A stretch of 37,312 nt of DNA, from positions 1-37,312 of IMG/VR virus record IMGVR_UViG_3300043540_000062; one strand, written 5' to 3'. Below are positions 1 through 8,602 of the stretch, in pieces. The stretch's first letter is position 1. Each line of letters begins with the position of its first letter. A model generated the notes under the pieces. The model ran no database searches. It was not told the origin of the DNA and saw only the letters and a program-made list of their open reading frames with translations. Made by a program: the position numbers and the translations under genes. This stretch comes from a virus.

Positions 1-127
1 CAAACGATGGTATCTTTGGTAAGACTGACGACCATGTGCCGTTGTTTTGCCCCTGTATCGTAATGCCGATAACGCCATAGACGCCTCGTGTTCGATAATC
101 TTGGAGCTGGGCGGCAATAGATTCAAA
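1..127. repeat. Terminal direct repeat copy 1 (= 37186..37312); circular-assembly overlap
   Basis: caaacgatggtatctttggtaag...ggcggcaatagattcaaa occurs base-for-base at both window ends (127 nt). It lies inside a continuous reading frame. Confidence 0.97.
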
Positions 128-604
128 GTCCGACGGCATGACGGTCGAAGGAGGCCCACAGAATGCTACCTTAGCGATGTACTTGGCTTCTTGTGTGTAG
201 TTTGACGGGTCTTCAGCTTCCGATTCGGTTATTCCTTCAGACGGCAAGAGAGATTCAAGTGTCACGCCGTTTTGATACGCCCACTGTGCCGAGGCAAGAG
301 AGTTTGCTCCACCTCCTGGCTCGTAATTGTAGCAGTAGCCGCTTTTCGGGGAGAGATTGATATAGGTACCACCATTATGATTCATGTTCCAGACCGCAAT
401 CGACTTAGCTATCCAATTCCAGACACAATCACTTGCAGAACCTTGATTCTTGATAGGGTAGGAGATAAATGACGTTCGAGGTTGCCAAACGGCCGCAGGG
501 AGGTTTATCGGGGCGGCAGGAGCATTAAAATGCTTAGGTCTGTCGGTAGCACCACGTCCAAAGCGTTTTTCAGGCTTGGAAAACAGTTTAAAAAAATTAA
601 GCAT
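1..604 (-). CDS. Papain-like (peptidase C1-type) cysteine peptidase, 5' part of a 264-aa ORF that crosses the circular junction (continues from 37185 down to stop 36995..36997); candidate endolysin/lytic peptidase
   Basis: My own translation; it is absent from the ORF track because it runs off the window edge. ATG at 602..604, MLNFFKLFSKPEKRF... IKNQGSASDCVW matches the papain NQGSCGSCW Gln-to-Cys spacing. The frame is open to base 1 and in phase with 37185 downward. Confidence 0.75.
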   Translation of the reverse strand, partial: MLNFFKLFSKPEKRFGRGATDRPKHFNAPAAPINLPAAVWQPRTSFISYPIKNQGSASDCVWNWIAKSIAVWNMNHNGGTYINLSPKSGYCYNYEPGGGANSLASAQWAYQNGVTLESLLPSEGITESEAEDPSNYTQEAKYIAKVAFCGPPSTVMPSDFESIAAQLQDYRTRGVYGVIGITIQGQNNGTWSSVLPKIPSF

Positions 605-689
605 AAGTGAGAAGAAGATAAATGATAAGAATAGTCGGGATAATGACGATTAAGCCAGCAATAGCCCGATATTCGGTTTCTTTATTCAT
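597..689 (-). CDS. 30-aa single-pass membrane peptide (lysis-cassette accessory candidate)
   Basis: Below the ORF-track cutoff. MNKETEYRAIAGLIVIIPTILIIYLLLTYA. Its ATG overlaps the TGA of 686..970 (ATGA), and its 3' end overlaps the peptidase ATG. Confidence 0.4.
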   Translation of the reverse strand: MNKETEYRAIAGLIVIIPTILIIYLLLTYA

Positions 690-970
690 ATTTTATATTT
701 TATGGTGATAATGACACCGAGAATAGCGGTGATGATTACTCCAAACACAATACGGACAGCCCACTTACGGTCGTCCATAAGTCCTTCCACATCGTCTTTA
801 ATAGGTTTTATTGTCGCCCGCAATTCTTCACGTTTGACATAGTTGTCGGTCATTAGTTCCAGTTTAGCATTTATGGTGGCAAATCCAAGAGTCATAGAAG
901 CCTCTAGTCGATTTATTTGCTCCTTCAAAAAGCCAATTTCTTGTTTATTTAGGGATTCCATATCAGTCAT
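686..970 (-). CDS. Coiled-coil protein with C-terminal transmembrane anchor (holin/spanin-like lysis candidate)
   Basis: 94 aa. Heptad-like N-terminus (FLKEQINRLEASM...) followed by the WAVRIVFGVIITAILGVIITI helix. Located between the fibre module and the peptidase. Confidence 0.6.
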   Translation of the reverse strand: MTDMESLNKQEIGFLKEQINRLEASMTLGFATINAKLELMTDNYVKREELRATIKPIKDDVEGLMDDRKWAVRIVFGVIITAILGVIITIKYKI

Positions 971-1117
971 TTAAGCATCGGTTTTTTCCTGTTTATCAAT
1001 AGGAAGTTTCTCAAATAATGACTTTATAGAGTCAAATGTTTGAGCAGGAATATTAGTCTGATAAATGGCTGATAAAATGTTTCTAATCTGTTCTTCGGTT
1101 ATTTTTTTCATTGACAT
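971..1117 (-). CDS. Small hypothetical protein (48 aa; 46 aa if translation starts at the second ATG, 1109..1111, of a leaderless mRNA)
   Basis: MSMKKITEEQIRNILSAIYQTNIPAQTFDSIKSLFEKLPIDKQEKTDA. Its stop abuts the ATG of 686..970. A TGGTATAAT promoter lies directly upstream. Confidence 0.45.
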   Translation of the reverse strand: MSMKKITEEQIRNILSAIYQTNIPAQTFDSIKSLFEKLPIDKQEKTDA

Positions 1118-1118
1118 A

Positions 1119-1127
1119 ATTATACCA
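1119..1127 (-). promoter_or_regulatory. Extended -10 promoter TGGTATAAT(TAT)
   Basis: Reverse complement of attatacca. The second ATG of ORF 971..1117 starts 8 nt after the hexamer, which implies a leaderless mRNA. Confidence 0.5.
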
Positions 1128-1129
1128 CA

Positions 1130-1399
1130 TTAATTAGTAAAATCTCCCTCCTGCGCGGTCGCATCTGGGGAATACTGTTGATAGAGGAACGTGCCCGAAG
1201 TAAAGTTTGTCCAAAAGTTATTCCAAGCATCTTCTGCAACATTGATACTTTTTGTGTCTATTGGAGCACCATTTTCATCGGAGATACTAAAGTTGATATT
1301 AGCTGTCCATTTTCCTTGTGGTGTCTTACTCATAGAAAAACTTGTACAGCTTACTACTTGTGATGTTGCTAATATGATTGGTTTATTGATGTTTAACAT
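1130..1399 (-). CDS. Hypothetical protein downstream of the tail fibre (fibre assembly or distal component?)
   Basis: ORF track gives 1130..1441. The internal Met at 1399 (MLNINKPIILATSQ...) avoids a 32-nt overlap with the fibre gene, which ends at 1410. Confidence 0.55.
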   Translation of the reverse strand: MLNINKPIILATSQVVSCTSFSMSKTPQGKWTANINFSISDENGAPIDTKSINVAEDAWNNFWTNFTSGTFLYQQYSPDATAQEGDFTN

Positions 1400-1409
1400 A
1401 TATATATAA

Positions 1410-3587
1410 TTATACGATTGTAAATGTTTTAGTCGTCCCACCTACACGAATGTAGATGTTTGTACCGTTGTACCAAATATCTCCATCGTTTGGCGATGTA
1501 GGAGCGGTACCAGAAAGAATCCTGAGTGAGGCTTGTGTAGTAGTTGAAGCGGCCAGGTCTAAGTTTGATGTAGGTGCCGATACATTGATACCAACTTTGC
1601 CTCCAGTTGGTGTAGAGGATTGTGTCGTTCCGCCGTATACACCCGTTCCATAAATGAGGTTACCGATATTTAATTGCTGATTACTTGTTGTTGAAGGTAA
1701 ATCAACATACGCACCAATAACGATATTACTTGAACCTGTTGTTGTATTTCTTCCAGCCCATATACCAAGTGCAGAATTATTACTTCCAGATGATGCAGAA
1801 TATAAAGTTGCATAACCAACAACTGTATTGCCTGAACCCGTAGTGTTATAAAGTGAGAACGAACCTAGAGCGATGTTATTTGAACCTGACACGTTTGTGA
1901 ACAAAGAATTAACACCAATCGTAATGTTAGATGCTCCACTAACAATATTGTATCCAGCATTTGTACCTATTCCCTGATTTGATGCCCCAGTTGTGCTATG
2001 GGCGAAAACATTACGACCTATGGCAGTGTTATCATCTCCAGTTGTATTCGAATTAAGTGCACCATCATTCAATACCGTATTATTTTTCCCAGTGGTTATA
2101 GCTTGAGTAGAGTTATGTCCAATCACAACATTTGACGTACCAGAAAAATTAGAAGCAGATAGAACACCTGAACCTATGCCAATATTTTCATACGTCTTAG
2201 CCGCATTTACACTACCTGCACCGATACCGATGTAGATAGAATCATGAATACCTGCCAGACTTAATAGAGCATTTCCATCAACAGTCAGCCCACCTGCTGA
2301 CGTATTCCAAAGCGCCGCAGTTTGGAAATTATTTGATGAACGATTAATATAATAACCATTAGCTATCATCGTTGCATCTGATGTATTATCTGTATATGTC
2401 GTCGTCGTATTATCACTAATTGTCGCAAGATAATACGTCCAGCCCGAATTTGTAGATGGTGATCGGAATATGTTTCGAGCAATAACACTTGGGTCAGTGC
2501 TTACTGGAATTCCAGTCAGTGACACTTTCCCATTCGTTGTGTTGTCCGATACCACGACAGCATTTGAAGCAGCATATGTATTTGTCTGTCCTGTCTTCGT
2601 AACATACGAAATAAAATAATAATGCGTACCATTGTCGACATTACCTGCACCCGCACCAGCCAAAGCTGCGGTGGCACTTGTTGACGGTGCGGTAACACTA
2701 TCAAAATTTATCGAACCTCCGTGAACAACTAATTTATCGTTTGGGGTTAATGTGCCGATGCCGACGTTGCCGCTGAAGTAACCGTTACCTGCAAGAGTAA
2801 TATTTCCCGAAGCATCTAGTGTGGCATTTGCTGAACCACCCAAAGCACTTGTTCCTGCACCAAACGGAATGTAACCTGTTCCAAGAGTAGTAAGTCCTGT
2901 ACCTCCATGGGCAATATTTATTGTGCCAACATCACCCGAACCAAGCAATGTTGTACCATTAACGGTTTTGATGTTCGTTCCCGAAACAAGAGTCGCCTGG
3001 AATGGTGGAGTGGTCCACGCTGTTCCCGTTCCTGTCGATTGGAGGTACATGCCGGAGCTTCCGGTAGATGACAAATCATCGGTATATGTACCAATATTTA
3101 TGATACCGAGAGAAGAGGTTAAAATATTAACATTCAAATAACCTAAACCATTTGAATAAATCGACCCAGCGTCGGTACTGATAGTCCCTGAAATAGTAGT
3201 ATTTCCACTACCATCATCGAGAGTGTTGTGTGTTGTATGTAGCTGTCCTGCAAAAAAGGAATTACCCGTAGCAGGGTCTACTGTTGCTTTAGTATTATCT
3301 CCATTCAGTGTCGTTGAAGTACCATAGACTTGAATAGCATTGAGGCCGCCCACTGGAGCTGAGCCTCCACCAGTGGCGTTGATTGTAACTATACCAGTCC
3401 CACCTATAGGAGAAATTGTGACATTTGTACCAGCAACTATTTGAGTAACACTAGCACCAACATTTTGAGTTAAGAGTCTGTGAGTGACTGGGTCAGCCCA
3501 CACCTCAACAATAGTTTCACCATCGGCGGACGATACTGCAAGTAAGACTGGTACTGAATTTTCATCTCTGCGAGCGTTTGTTGACAT
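1410..3587 (-). CDS. Tail fibre / receptor-binding protein with a repetitive beta-helix-type segment
   Basis: 725 aa, G/T/S/N-rich. Short degenerate repeats (DDNTAIGRN, SGSNNIALG, SGNTVVGY, SNNSALGIWAG, SSNIVIGAY) resemble trimeric-adhesin head repeats. The N-terminal ~40 aa are shared with ORF 12656..12796. Confidence 0.8.
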   Translation of the reverse strand: MSTNARRDENSVPVLLAVSSADGETIVEVWADPVTHRLLTQNVGASVTQIVAGTNVTISPIGGTGIVTINATGGGSAPVGGLNAIQVYGTSTTLNGDNTKATVDPATGNSFFAGQLHTTHNTLDDGSGNTTISGTISTDAGSIYSNGLGYLNVNILTSSLGIINIGTYTDDLSSTGSSGMYLQSTGTGTAWTTPPFQATLVSGTNIKTVNGTTLLGSGDVGTINIAHGGTGLTTLGTGYIPFGAGTSALGGSANATLDASGNITLAGNGYFSGNVGIGTLTPNDKLVVHGGSINFDSVTAPSTSATAALAGAGAGNVDNGTHYYFISYVTKTGQTNTYAASNAVVVSDNTTNGKVSLTGIPVSTDPSVIARNIFRSPSTNSGWTYYLATISDNTTTTYTDNTSDATMIANGYYINRSSNNFQTAALWNTSAGGLTVDGNALLSLAGIHDSIYIGIGAGSVNAAKTYENIGIGSGVLSASNFSGTSNVVIGHNSTQAITTGKNNTVLNDGALNSNTTGDDNTAIGRNVFAHSTTGASNQGIGTNAGYNIVSGASNITIGVNSLFTNVSGSNNIALGSFSLYNTTGSGNTVVGYATLYSASSGSNNSALGIWAGRNTTTGSSNIVIGAYVDLPSTTSNQQLNIGNLIYGTGVYGGTTQSSTPTGGKVGINVSAPTSNLDLAASTTTQASLRILSGTAPTSPNDGDIWYNGTNIYIRVGGTTKTFTIV

Positions 3588-3682
3588 GGTGGATAAGTGA
3601 GTTGATTAGTAATTGAATGGGGCGTATAGTATAAGTATGGAATTCATTATGCGAGTCATTGGGGCTTATTTTGTACTAGAAG

Positions 3683-5230
3683 TCATCGGTTGGCTTGTGA
3701 AGGAATAGTGCCTAGCCCTGAATATACACCGCCTTTAACTGCCTGAAGTAGGCCGGGACGACCTTTTGATGCCGCGTCTACTCCAACTTTGACTGCCTTG
3801 TTTGATATCGATTTTGCCGCCTTTTTAGCAAGCCAACCACCAAACAGCCCCTCTGCTCCGCCTGCGACTCCTCCCGTTGCACCAAACCCAATGGTAGCAC
3901 CTACCTGTCCAGCTTTGTGTTGGATAAGCTGATCTAATTTCCCTGGACTATACGGTATACCAGAGTTATCATTCCCATGAATAGCATCTAGTAATTTTTG
4001 CATCTTTACGACATCGCTTGCGGGAACATTTTTTATGTTATCAACATTTAGCCTGATAACATTTTGAGCAGGCGAACTTCCAATCGCGGGACGCTTAGCA
4101 ACATCAATCAAGTCATTTTTCAGTAATAACTCGGACACATCCCTGGATACAGTTTTTCCTGTTGCATCCTCGAGCGTGCGCTTAACACCATTAACGGCGA
4201 CGTTTTTTAGAGTGTTTCCGAGAACAGACTTTCCCACCATTCCTATTCCCTTAAACATCGGAATGAGTGTAGCGATATTAGCAACATCCCCAATGTCTTG
4301 TGCCATTTCAGGATGCGATTGTTGAAAGTCTTTTATTGCTCCAACTACAGCTTTACCCGTATCAGTATCCGCCGCTTTTGCTACTTCTCCCCCTACCCAG
4401 TCGGTGGCCTTATGAAGACCACCGAAAGTGGCAGCATTAAGTCCCGAATCAATAAGGTCTCCAACTGCACCAGCTGCCGAACCACCGATGTGTAATAGGT
4501 CTGACCACCAGTTTTGTGAACCTGGTTTTCCTGAAAGCTGGTTCCCTATGTCTGCAATAGACGAACCCGCGGTCTTCATTCGGCCAGATAATTCAGAGCC
4601 GAGTGATTGGTTAGTAGTTGCAGTATTTTGTCCTGAATCCGTTGGGGTCTGTTCAGATGTAGAGGGGGTCTGTTGGTCACTTGGATTCGTAACGAAACCA
4701 TTTTTGTATTGCTGATACCTTTCCATAACATCTTTAACGTATTGGGGTGTATTGTATTTAACTACTGTTCCGTTGATATGTGTTTGTCCCACGTGAGTAG
4801 TCCAGCTTCCATCAAGCGCCCTTCCTTCACCTGCGTTCCATGCAGCTGCGCTTTGGGCCGCGTTCATGCCACGGTCTTTGAACTGTTTAAGCTTTCCGTA
4901 CGTTACCGCATTCTGATTTTGTTTTGTCATCGGCGCGTTTTGATCACCAAGAATATCCCCCGCATACTGTTTCCACGTATCTGGTTGAAACTGAAACGCT
5001 CCCGTCGAAGTCCCCACGTCACCGACCGCTCCATAGTCCCCGCCACTTTCTTTGTCTCTAATTGCTTTGGCTAGATTTATGACCGTAGTATCAATTCCAC
5101 CTTGTGTTTGAGGTGTAGGAGACGGTGCTGAAGTCGAGACGGGCGCAGAAATTGTCTGTGCCGTTGTTGGCTCTTGGAAGTTTATTGGGTTCCCTCCATT
5201 TGCACCCATTAATTGCTGGTCTTGATTCAT
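3683..5230 (-). CDS. Virion-associated protein with an N-terminal lytic-transglycosylase-like domain
   Basis: 515 aa. AIRDKESGGDYGAVGDVGTSTGAFQFQPDTWKQYA fits the E-S-G-G ... G-x-x-Q-F ... T-W pattern of SLT/Rpf-like muramidases. It sits among tail and internal proteins. Confidence 0.7.
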   Translation of the reverse strand: MNQDQQLMGANGGNPINFQEPTTAQTISAPVSTSAPSPTPQTQGGIDTTVINLAKAIRDKESGGDYGAVGDVGTSTGAFQFQPDTWKQYAGDILGDQNAPMTKQNQNAVTYGKLKQFKDRGMNAAQSAAAWNAGEGRALDGSWTTHVGQTHINGTVVKYNTPQYVKDVMERYQQYKNGFVTNPSDQQTPSTSEQTPTDSGQNTATTNQSLGSELSGRMKTAGSSIADIGNQLSGKPGSQNWWSDLLHIGGSAAGAVGDLIDSGLNAATFGGLHKATDWVGGEVAKAADTDTGKAVVGAIKDFQQSHPEMAQDIGDVANIATLIPMFKGIGMVGKSVLGNTLKNVAVNGVKRTLEDATGKTVSRDVSELLLKNDLIDVAKRPAIGSSPAQNVIRLNVDNIKNVPASDVVKMQKLLDAIHGNDNSGIPYSPGKLDQLIQHKAGQVGATIGFGATGGVAGGAEGLFGGWLAKKAAKSISNKAVKVGVDAASKGRPGLLQAVKGGVYSGLGTIPSQANR

Positions 5231-5231
5231 A

Positions 5232-6686
5232 TTAGTAGTCGATTGGTAGTGTACCTGCCGCGGTCTGGATAGTTGCTCCTGTGTATCCTCCTGATGTAGC
5301 AGATGGAGACGCGCCTGTTTTTAATTGGTCGAGAGTTTTCTGTTTACCAGCGGCAAGATTTTGTATATTGGCGGCGATTGCCTTTTGTGCACCCTGTAAT
5401 TGGGATGGGGTTGGGTCTGCAGGTAAGTCTACTCCGTATTTTGTGGCTTGCTGTGCAATGGAACTTAACGTCTGTTTATATCCAGCTACCGCAGAGTTGC
5501 TGATTAAATTGTTAGCCGCTTTAATTTGGAGTTGAGCAAGTATCGGGCTATCAGATAATTTTGCTTGTTGAGCCAGGTTATTTACATACTGAAAATTGGC
5601 ATCTATACCCGCCTTATCTGAATTTATAGTTGAAATGTCTCCCTGCAACGAACTGGCTGAATTTGCGTTCTGGTCAATGATGTTTCCTGTAACTGCGGCG
5701 CTTTGTGCTCCTGCGGGATTAACTGCTGTGCCCGTTAACTTATTCATTGTCACATACCCATTTTGAGCAAGTGAATTGAGTATGTTACCTGCGGCATTCT
5801 GCTGTGCACCTATCTGATTTGATTGGGCCGTATTTGCAAGACCTCCTGCAGTTGCCGCTCCGGACAACTGGTTAGATTGCCCCGACAAACCAAGATTACC
5901 TTGCTGTCCTGCCGCACTTATCTGCTGTCCTTGGCCCGAAAGTGCATTAGATACAGCTCCTTGTTTAGCGGCTAGTTCAGTGGCAAATGTCTGTCCAAGT
6001 TGAGATGTCCTACCAGAAGCAACATCGGCAGCAACGTTAGGGTTTGATTGAGCCGCCGTCATATACGGATTTGATTGTGCAAACTCGTTGTATTGCTGTT
6101 CCGCCTGAGTGACCGCAGGTGTTTGATTCTGGGATATATCTGCCGAAGTTTGAGCACCTCCATAAATATTATTTAGATTCTGACTTGGCTGTGCGGTTGC
6201 GACGTTTTGAGCAGAATTTACCGCATTACCAACTGAAGCAAGCGGGGTTGTGTTGGCTTGATTGTTTATGATATTACTAAATGCACCTGCAATCCCTGTG
6301 CTGGGGGGATTTGCTGAAGGAGGAGTTGCCTCAGGATTTGCTTGCTTGTTTGCTAGACCTGGAAAATATTTAGTAAGGTCTGATTGCTGCTGAGCCGCAG
6401 CGGCCGATGGTGATCCTGGGGTAGTTGCTGTGTTTGTTGTTTTGGTGCTCGCGTTGCCTCCCCATGTTGATGGGTCATTGGCTTTGAAGTTAGCAATTCC
6501 TGCCGGAATTGGAGCGTCGTGAGGTGCTTTTTTGGGAGCATAAGATGCGGAGTTAGCCGAATTTTTTAGATTACCAAAAAAACTTCCTGTGGGTTTAGAG
6601 CCAATTCCTGTCCAAGGAGTATTTCCTGCTTGAGGTTGAATTCTAAATGATGTGTCGTTTATTCCTTTTACTAAGTTTGGATTCAT
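5232..6686 (-). CDS. Q/N/A/G/S-rich low-complexity structural protein (internal virion/ejection protein candidate)
   Basis: 484 aa. Long low-complexity runs (GQQGNLGLSGQSNQLSGAATAGGLANTAQSNQIGAQQNAAGN). Stop and start are contiguous with 3683..5230. Confidence 0.65.
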   Translation of the reverse strand: MNPNLVKGINDTSFRIQPQAGNTPWTGIGSKPTGSFFGNLKNSANSASYAPKKAPHDAPIPAGIANFKANDPSTWGGNASTKTTNTATTPGSPSAAAAQQQSDLTKYFPGLANKQANPEATPPSANPPSTGIAGAFSNIINNQANTTPLASVGNAVNSAQNVATAQPSQNLNNIYGGAQTSADISQNQTPAVTQAEQQYNEFAQSNPYMTAAQSNPNVAADVASGRTSQLGQTFATELAAKQGAVSNALSGQGQQISAAGQQGNLGLSGQSNQLSGAATAGGLANTAQSNQIGAQQNAAGNILNSLAQNGYVTMNKLTGTAVNPAGAQSAAVTGNIIDQNANSASSLQGDISTINSDKAGIDANFQYVNNLAQQAKLSDSPILAQLQIKAANNLISNSAVAGYKQTLSSIAQQATKYGVDLPADPTPSQLQGAQKAIAANIQNLAAGKQKTLDQLKTGASPSATSGGYTGATIQTAAGTLPIDY

Positions 6687-6696
6687 TGTATCTATA

Positions 6697-6705
6697 ATTA
6701 TATCA
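6697..6705 (-). promoter_or_regulatory. Extended -10 promoter TGATATAAT
   Basis: Reverse complement of attatatca. The ATG of 5232..6686 lies 10 nt downstream of the hexamer (near-leaderless). Confidence 0.4.
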
Positions 6706-6742
6706 TGATTTAATAATGGATTAGGTTCACTATCGAAACTCC

Positions 6743-7897
6743 TTAACTACTTTGGTACGGGAAAAGATTTGGATTGTTCATATAGACTTCCTCTTCCAAA
6801 TCTATTGTTACCTGTTTTGTTCCCAGATAATCCTGCATCAAAATTAGCCTATTTTGATACAAATCATCGTAGGCGCGGAACCTCTCTGGGTCTTGAACAA
6901 TAGTGGTGTAGTATATTGCAAGTGCTCCATAAACCATTGCGTCAACAAAATCTTCTTGTAAAACTGGCATCTGTCCGATGGTATACGTTGTCGACGCGTT
7001 TATGTTCGGCGCGTTTAATATTGGGGAGAGTAGCGTAAGACTTGTATCGCTATTAAAGCGCTGTATCTGGTACCAGAGTCCATCACCGAATGGTGGGTCT
7101 ATTCGTAGGTACAAATTAAGAAATGTAACGTCGGTATTAAGTGGATAGGTTCCTGTAGTGCTCCATGAAGTTGCTGTTCCAGTTACCGCATATCCTCCAA
7201 CTGCGGCAGTTGTAATATTTCCTGTTGAATAATCTTGAAACGTAAGGTCTGGAACACGCCCTTTGTAGTTAAAAGAGAGCACGTTGTTGGGAGTCGACGG
7301 AATGGGCCAGATGCCGACCGTGTTATTCCATACGAAGAAGTACTGGGGAATATCCGAGATATAGGGGAGTGTGTTTATATAATCCCATTCAGTACGCGTT
7401 TGGACGGGCTTGGGGGTGAATACCAATTGACCAACAGTGACAGTAACGTCCTTTATTTTTGAGACATTCGCAGGTATCGGATAATCTCGAAGGCCAATCG
7501 TAGTTGCGGAAGTTGTCGCTGTATTTTGTAGTCCCGCATTCCATGTCACCGAAGTTGAACCATTTGAAAACTGCGCCATTCGCTGATCACCTGATGAGAA
7601 GTTAATGAACTGCTGGCACGTTGGTTGCGTCCATGCGGCGTTTAAAGTTGCTGAGGTTGCTCCTACGGTAAGAGTTGTGGTGAATGTTAACTTTGATGAC
7701 CCAATAATTGAGATTGCGTAGCTTCTCTCATTATCAAAATACTTTTGGATAAGAAGTCTGTGCTGGTCATTCACTAACTGCTTTGCTACCGCAACAGCTC
7801 CAGCCGAGTTGTTATTGGCCAGTGTCGTGAAAGCTCCACCATACGTAGATGGAGAAGTGTTTGCGGTCGTTCCTACTAATGCAGTGAATGTTCTCAT
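6743..7897 (-). CDS. Structural protein (adaptor/tail candidate)
   Basis: 384-aa ORF in the structural operon. No motif recognised. Confidence 0.6.
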   Translation of the reverse strand: MRTFTALVGTTANTSPSTYGGAFTTLANNNSAGAVAVAKQLVNDQHRLLIQKYFDNERSYAISIIGSSKLTFTTTLTVGATSATLNAAWTQPTCQQFINFSSGDQRMAQFSNGSTSVTWNAGLQNTATTSATTIGLRDYPIPANVSKIKDVTVTVGQLVFTPKPVQTRTEWDYINTLPYISDIPQYFFVWNNTVGIWPIPSTPNNVLSFNYKGRVPDLTFQDYSTGNITTAAVGGYAVTGTATSWSTTGTYPLNTDVTFLNLYLRIDPPFGDGLWYQIQRFNSDTSLTLLSPILNAPNINASTTYTIGQMPVLQEDFVDAMVYGALAIYYTTIVQDPERFRAYDDLYQNRLILMQDYLGTKQVTIDLEEEVYMNNPNLFPYQSS

Positions 7898-7912
7898 GGT
7901 GTTATATTTATA

Positions 7913-8602
7913 TTAAGTGATTATGAATAAACCTGATATATGCCAATCTCTTGCCAACTTACCTACTGTTATTGTTATTGAGGAATTACTGACTGATGTC
8001 ACATCTGCGTAAGCCATGACATCTGAGTCTAACGATGGATTTGGGTACGCAACATATATAATATGATTTTGGCTATTGAAAGCGGTAGTGTTTGGAACTC
8101 CATCTAACATAGAACCGTCATTATGGAAGAATGAACCGCAACCCTGAATAATCGGTGATATAGTATTTCCAGTAACAGGGTCTTTGTGTCCCGGTGTGCG
8201 GTTCAGAGATAAATTATCAATCGCGCTATTTGGGTTCCACTGATAACTATTTCTACCAATAAGGGCGTTCCCTATTATATTTGCATGGTAATATCTCACC
8301 CCACCAACGAGAGGGCCTGCCCCTCCACCATAAAAGGTTATTGACGTAGGATTAAAGTTGACTGGAATTGTATATATCCCCTCAGCATCAAATGTTATAG
8401 TTCCATTGATTCTGTTTCCTGGAACAATGTTATTTGAGTTAATCTTCTCACTACTTACGCCGTCATGTGCATGGGGTAGAATCTGAGGAGTACCCGCCTG
8501 ATACATCGCGGCAGTTCCACCCACCGACATGTTATTCATGGATTGTGCACCAATCTGTTTGGCCACTTCATCCTTTATGAGTTTTTTAATTTGTTCATTC
8601 AT
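7913..8602 (-). CDS. Structural protein (tail candidate)
   Basis: 229-aa ORF. 8-nt overlap with the upstream gene 8595..10958. Confidence 0.6.
   Translation of the reverse strand: MNEQIKKLIKDEVAKQIGAQSMNNMSVGGTAAMYQAGTPQILPHAHDGVSSEKINSNNIVPGNRINGTITFDAEGIYTIPVNFNPTSITFYGGGAGPLVGGVRYYHANIIGNALIGRNSYQWNPNSAIDNLSLNRTPGHKDPVTGNTISPIIQGCGSFFHNDGSMLDGVPNTTAFNSQNHIIYVAYPNPSLDSDVMAYADVTSVSNSSITITVGKLARDWHISGLFIIT

Noticed and set aside
1-127. Physical direct terminal repeat (T7-like DTR)
   Set aside because: The repeat lies inside a continuous ORF rather than in non-coding DNA. Its length equals a common assembler k-mer. The terminase is GpA-like (cos-type). An assembly overlap is more likely, though this cannot be proven without reads.
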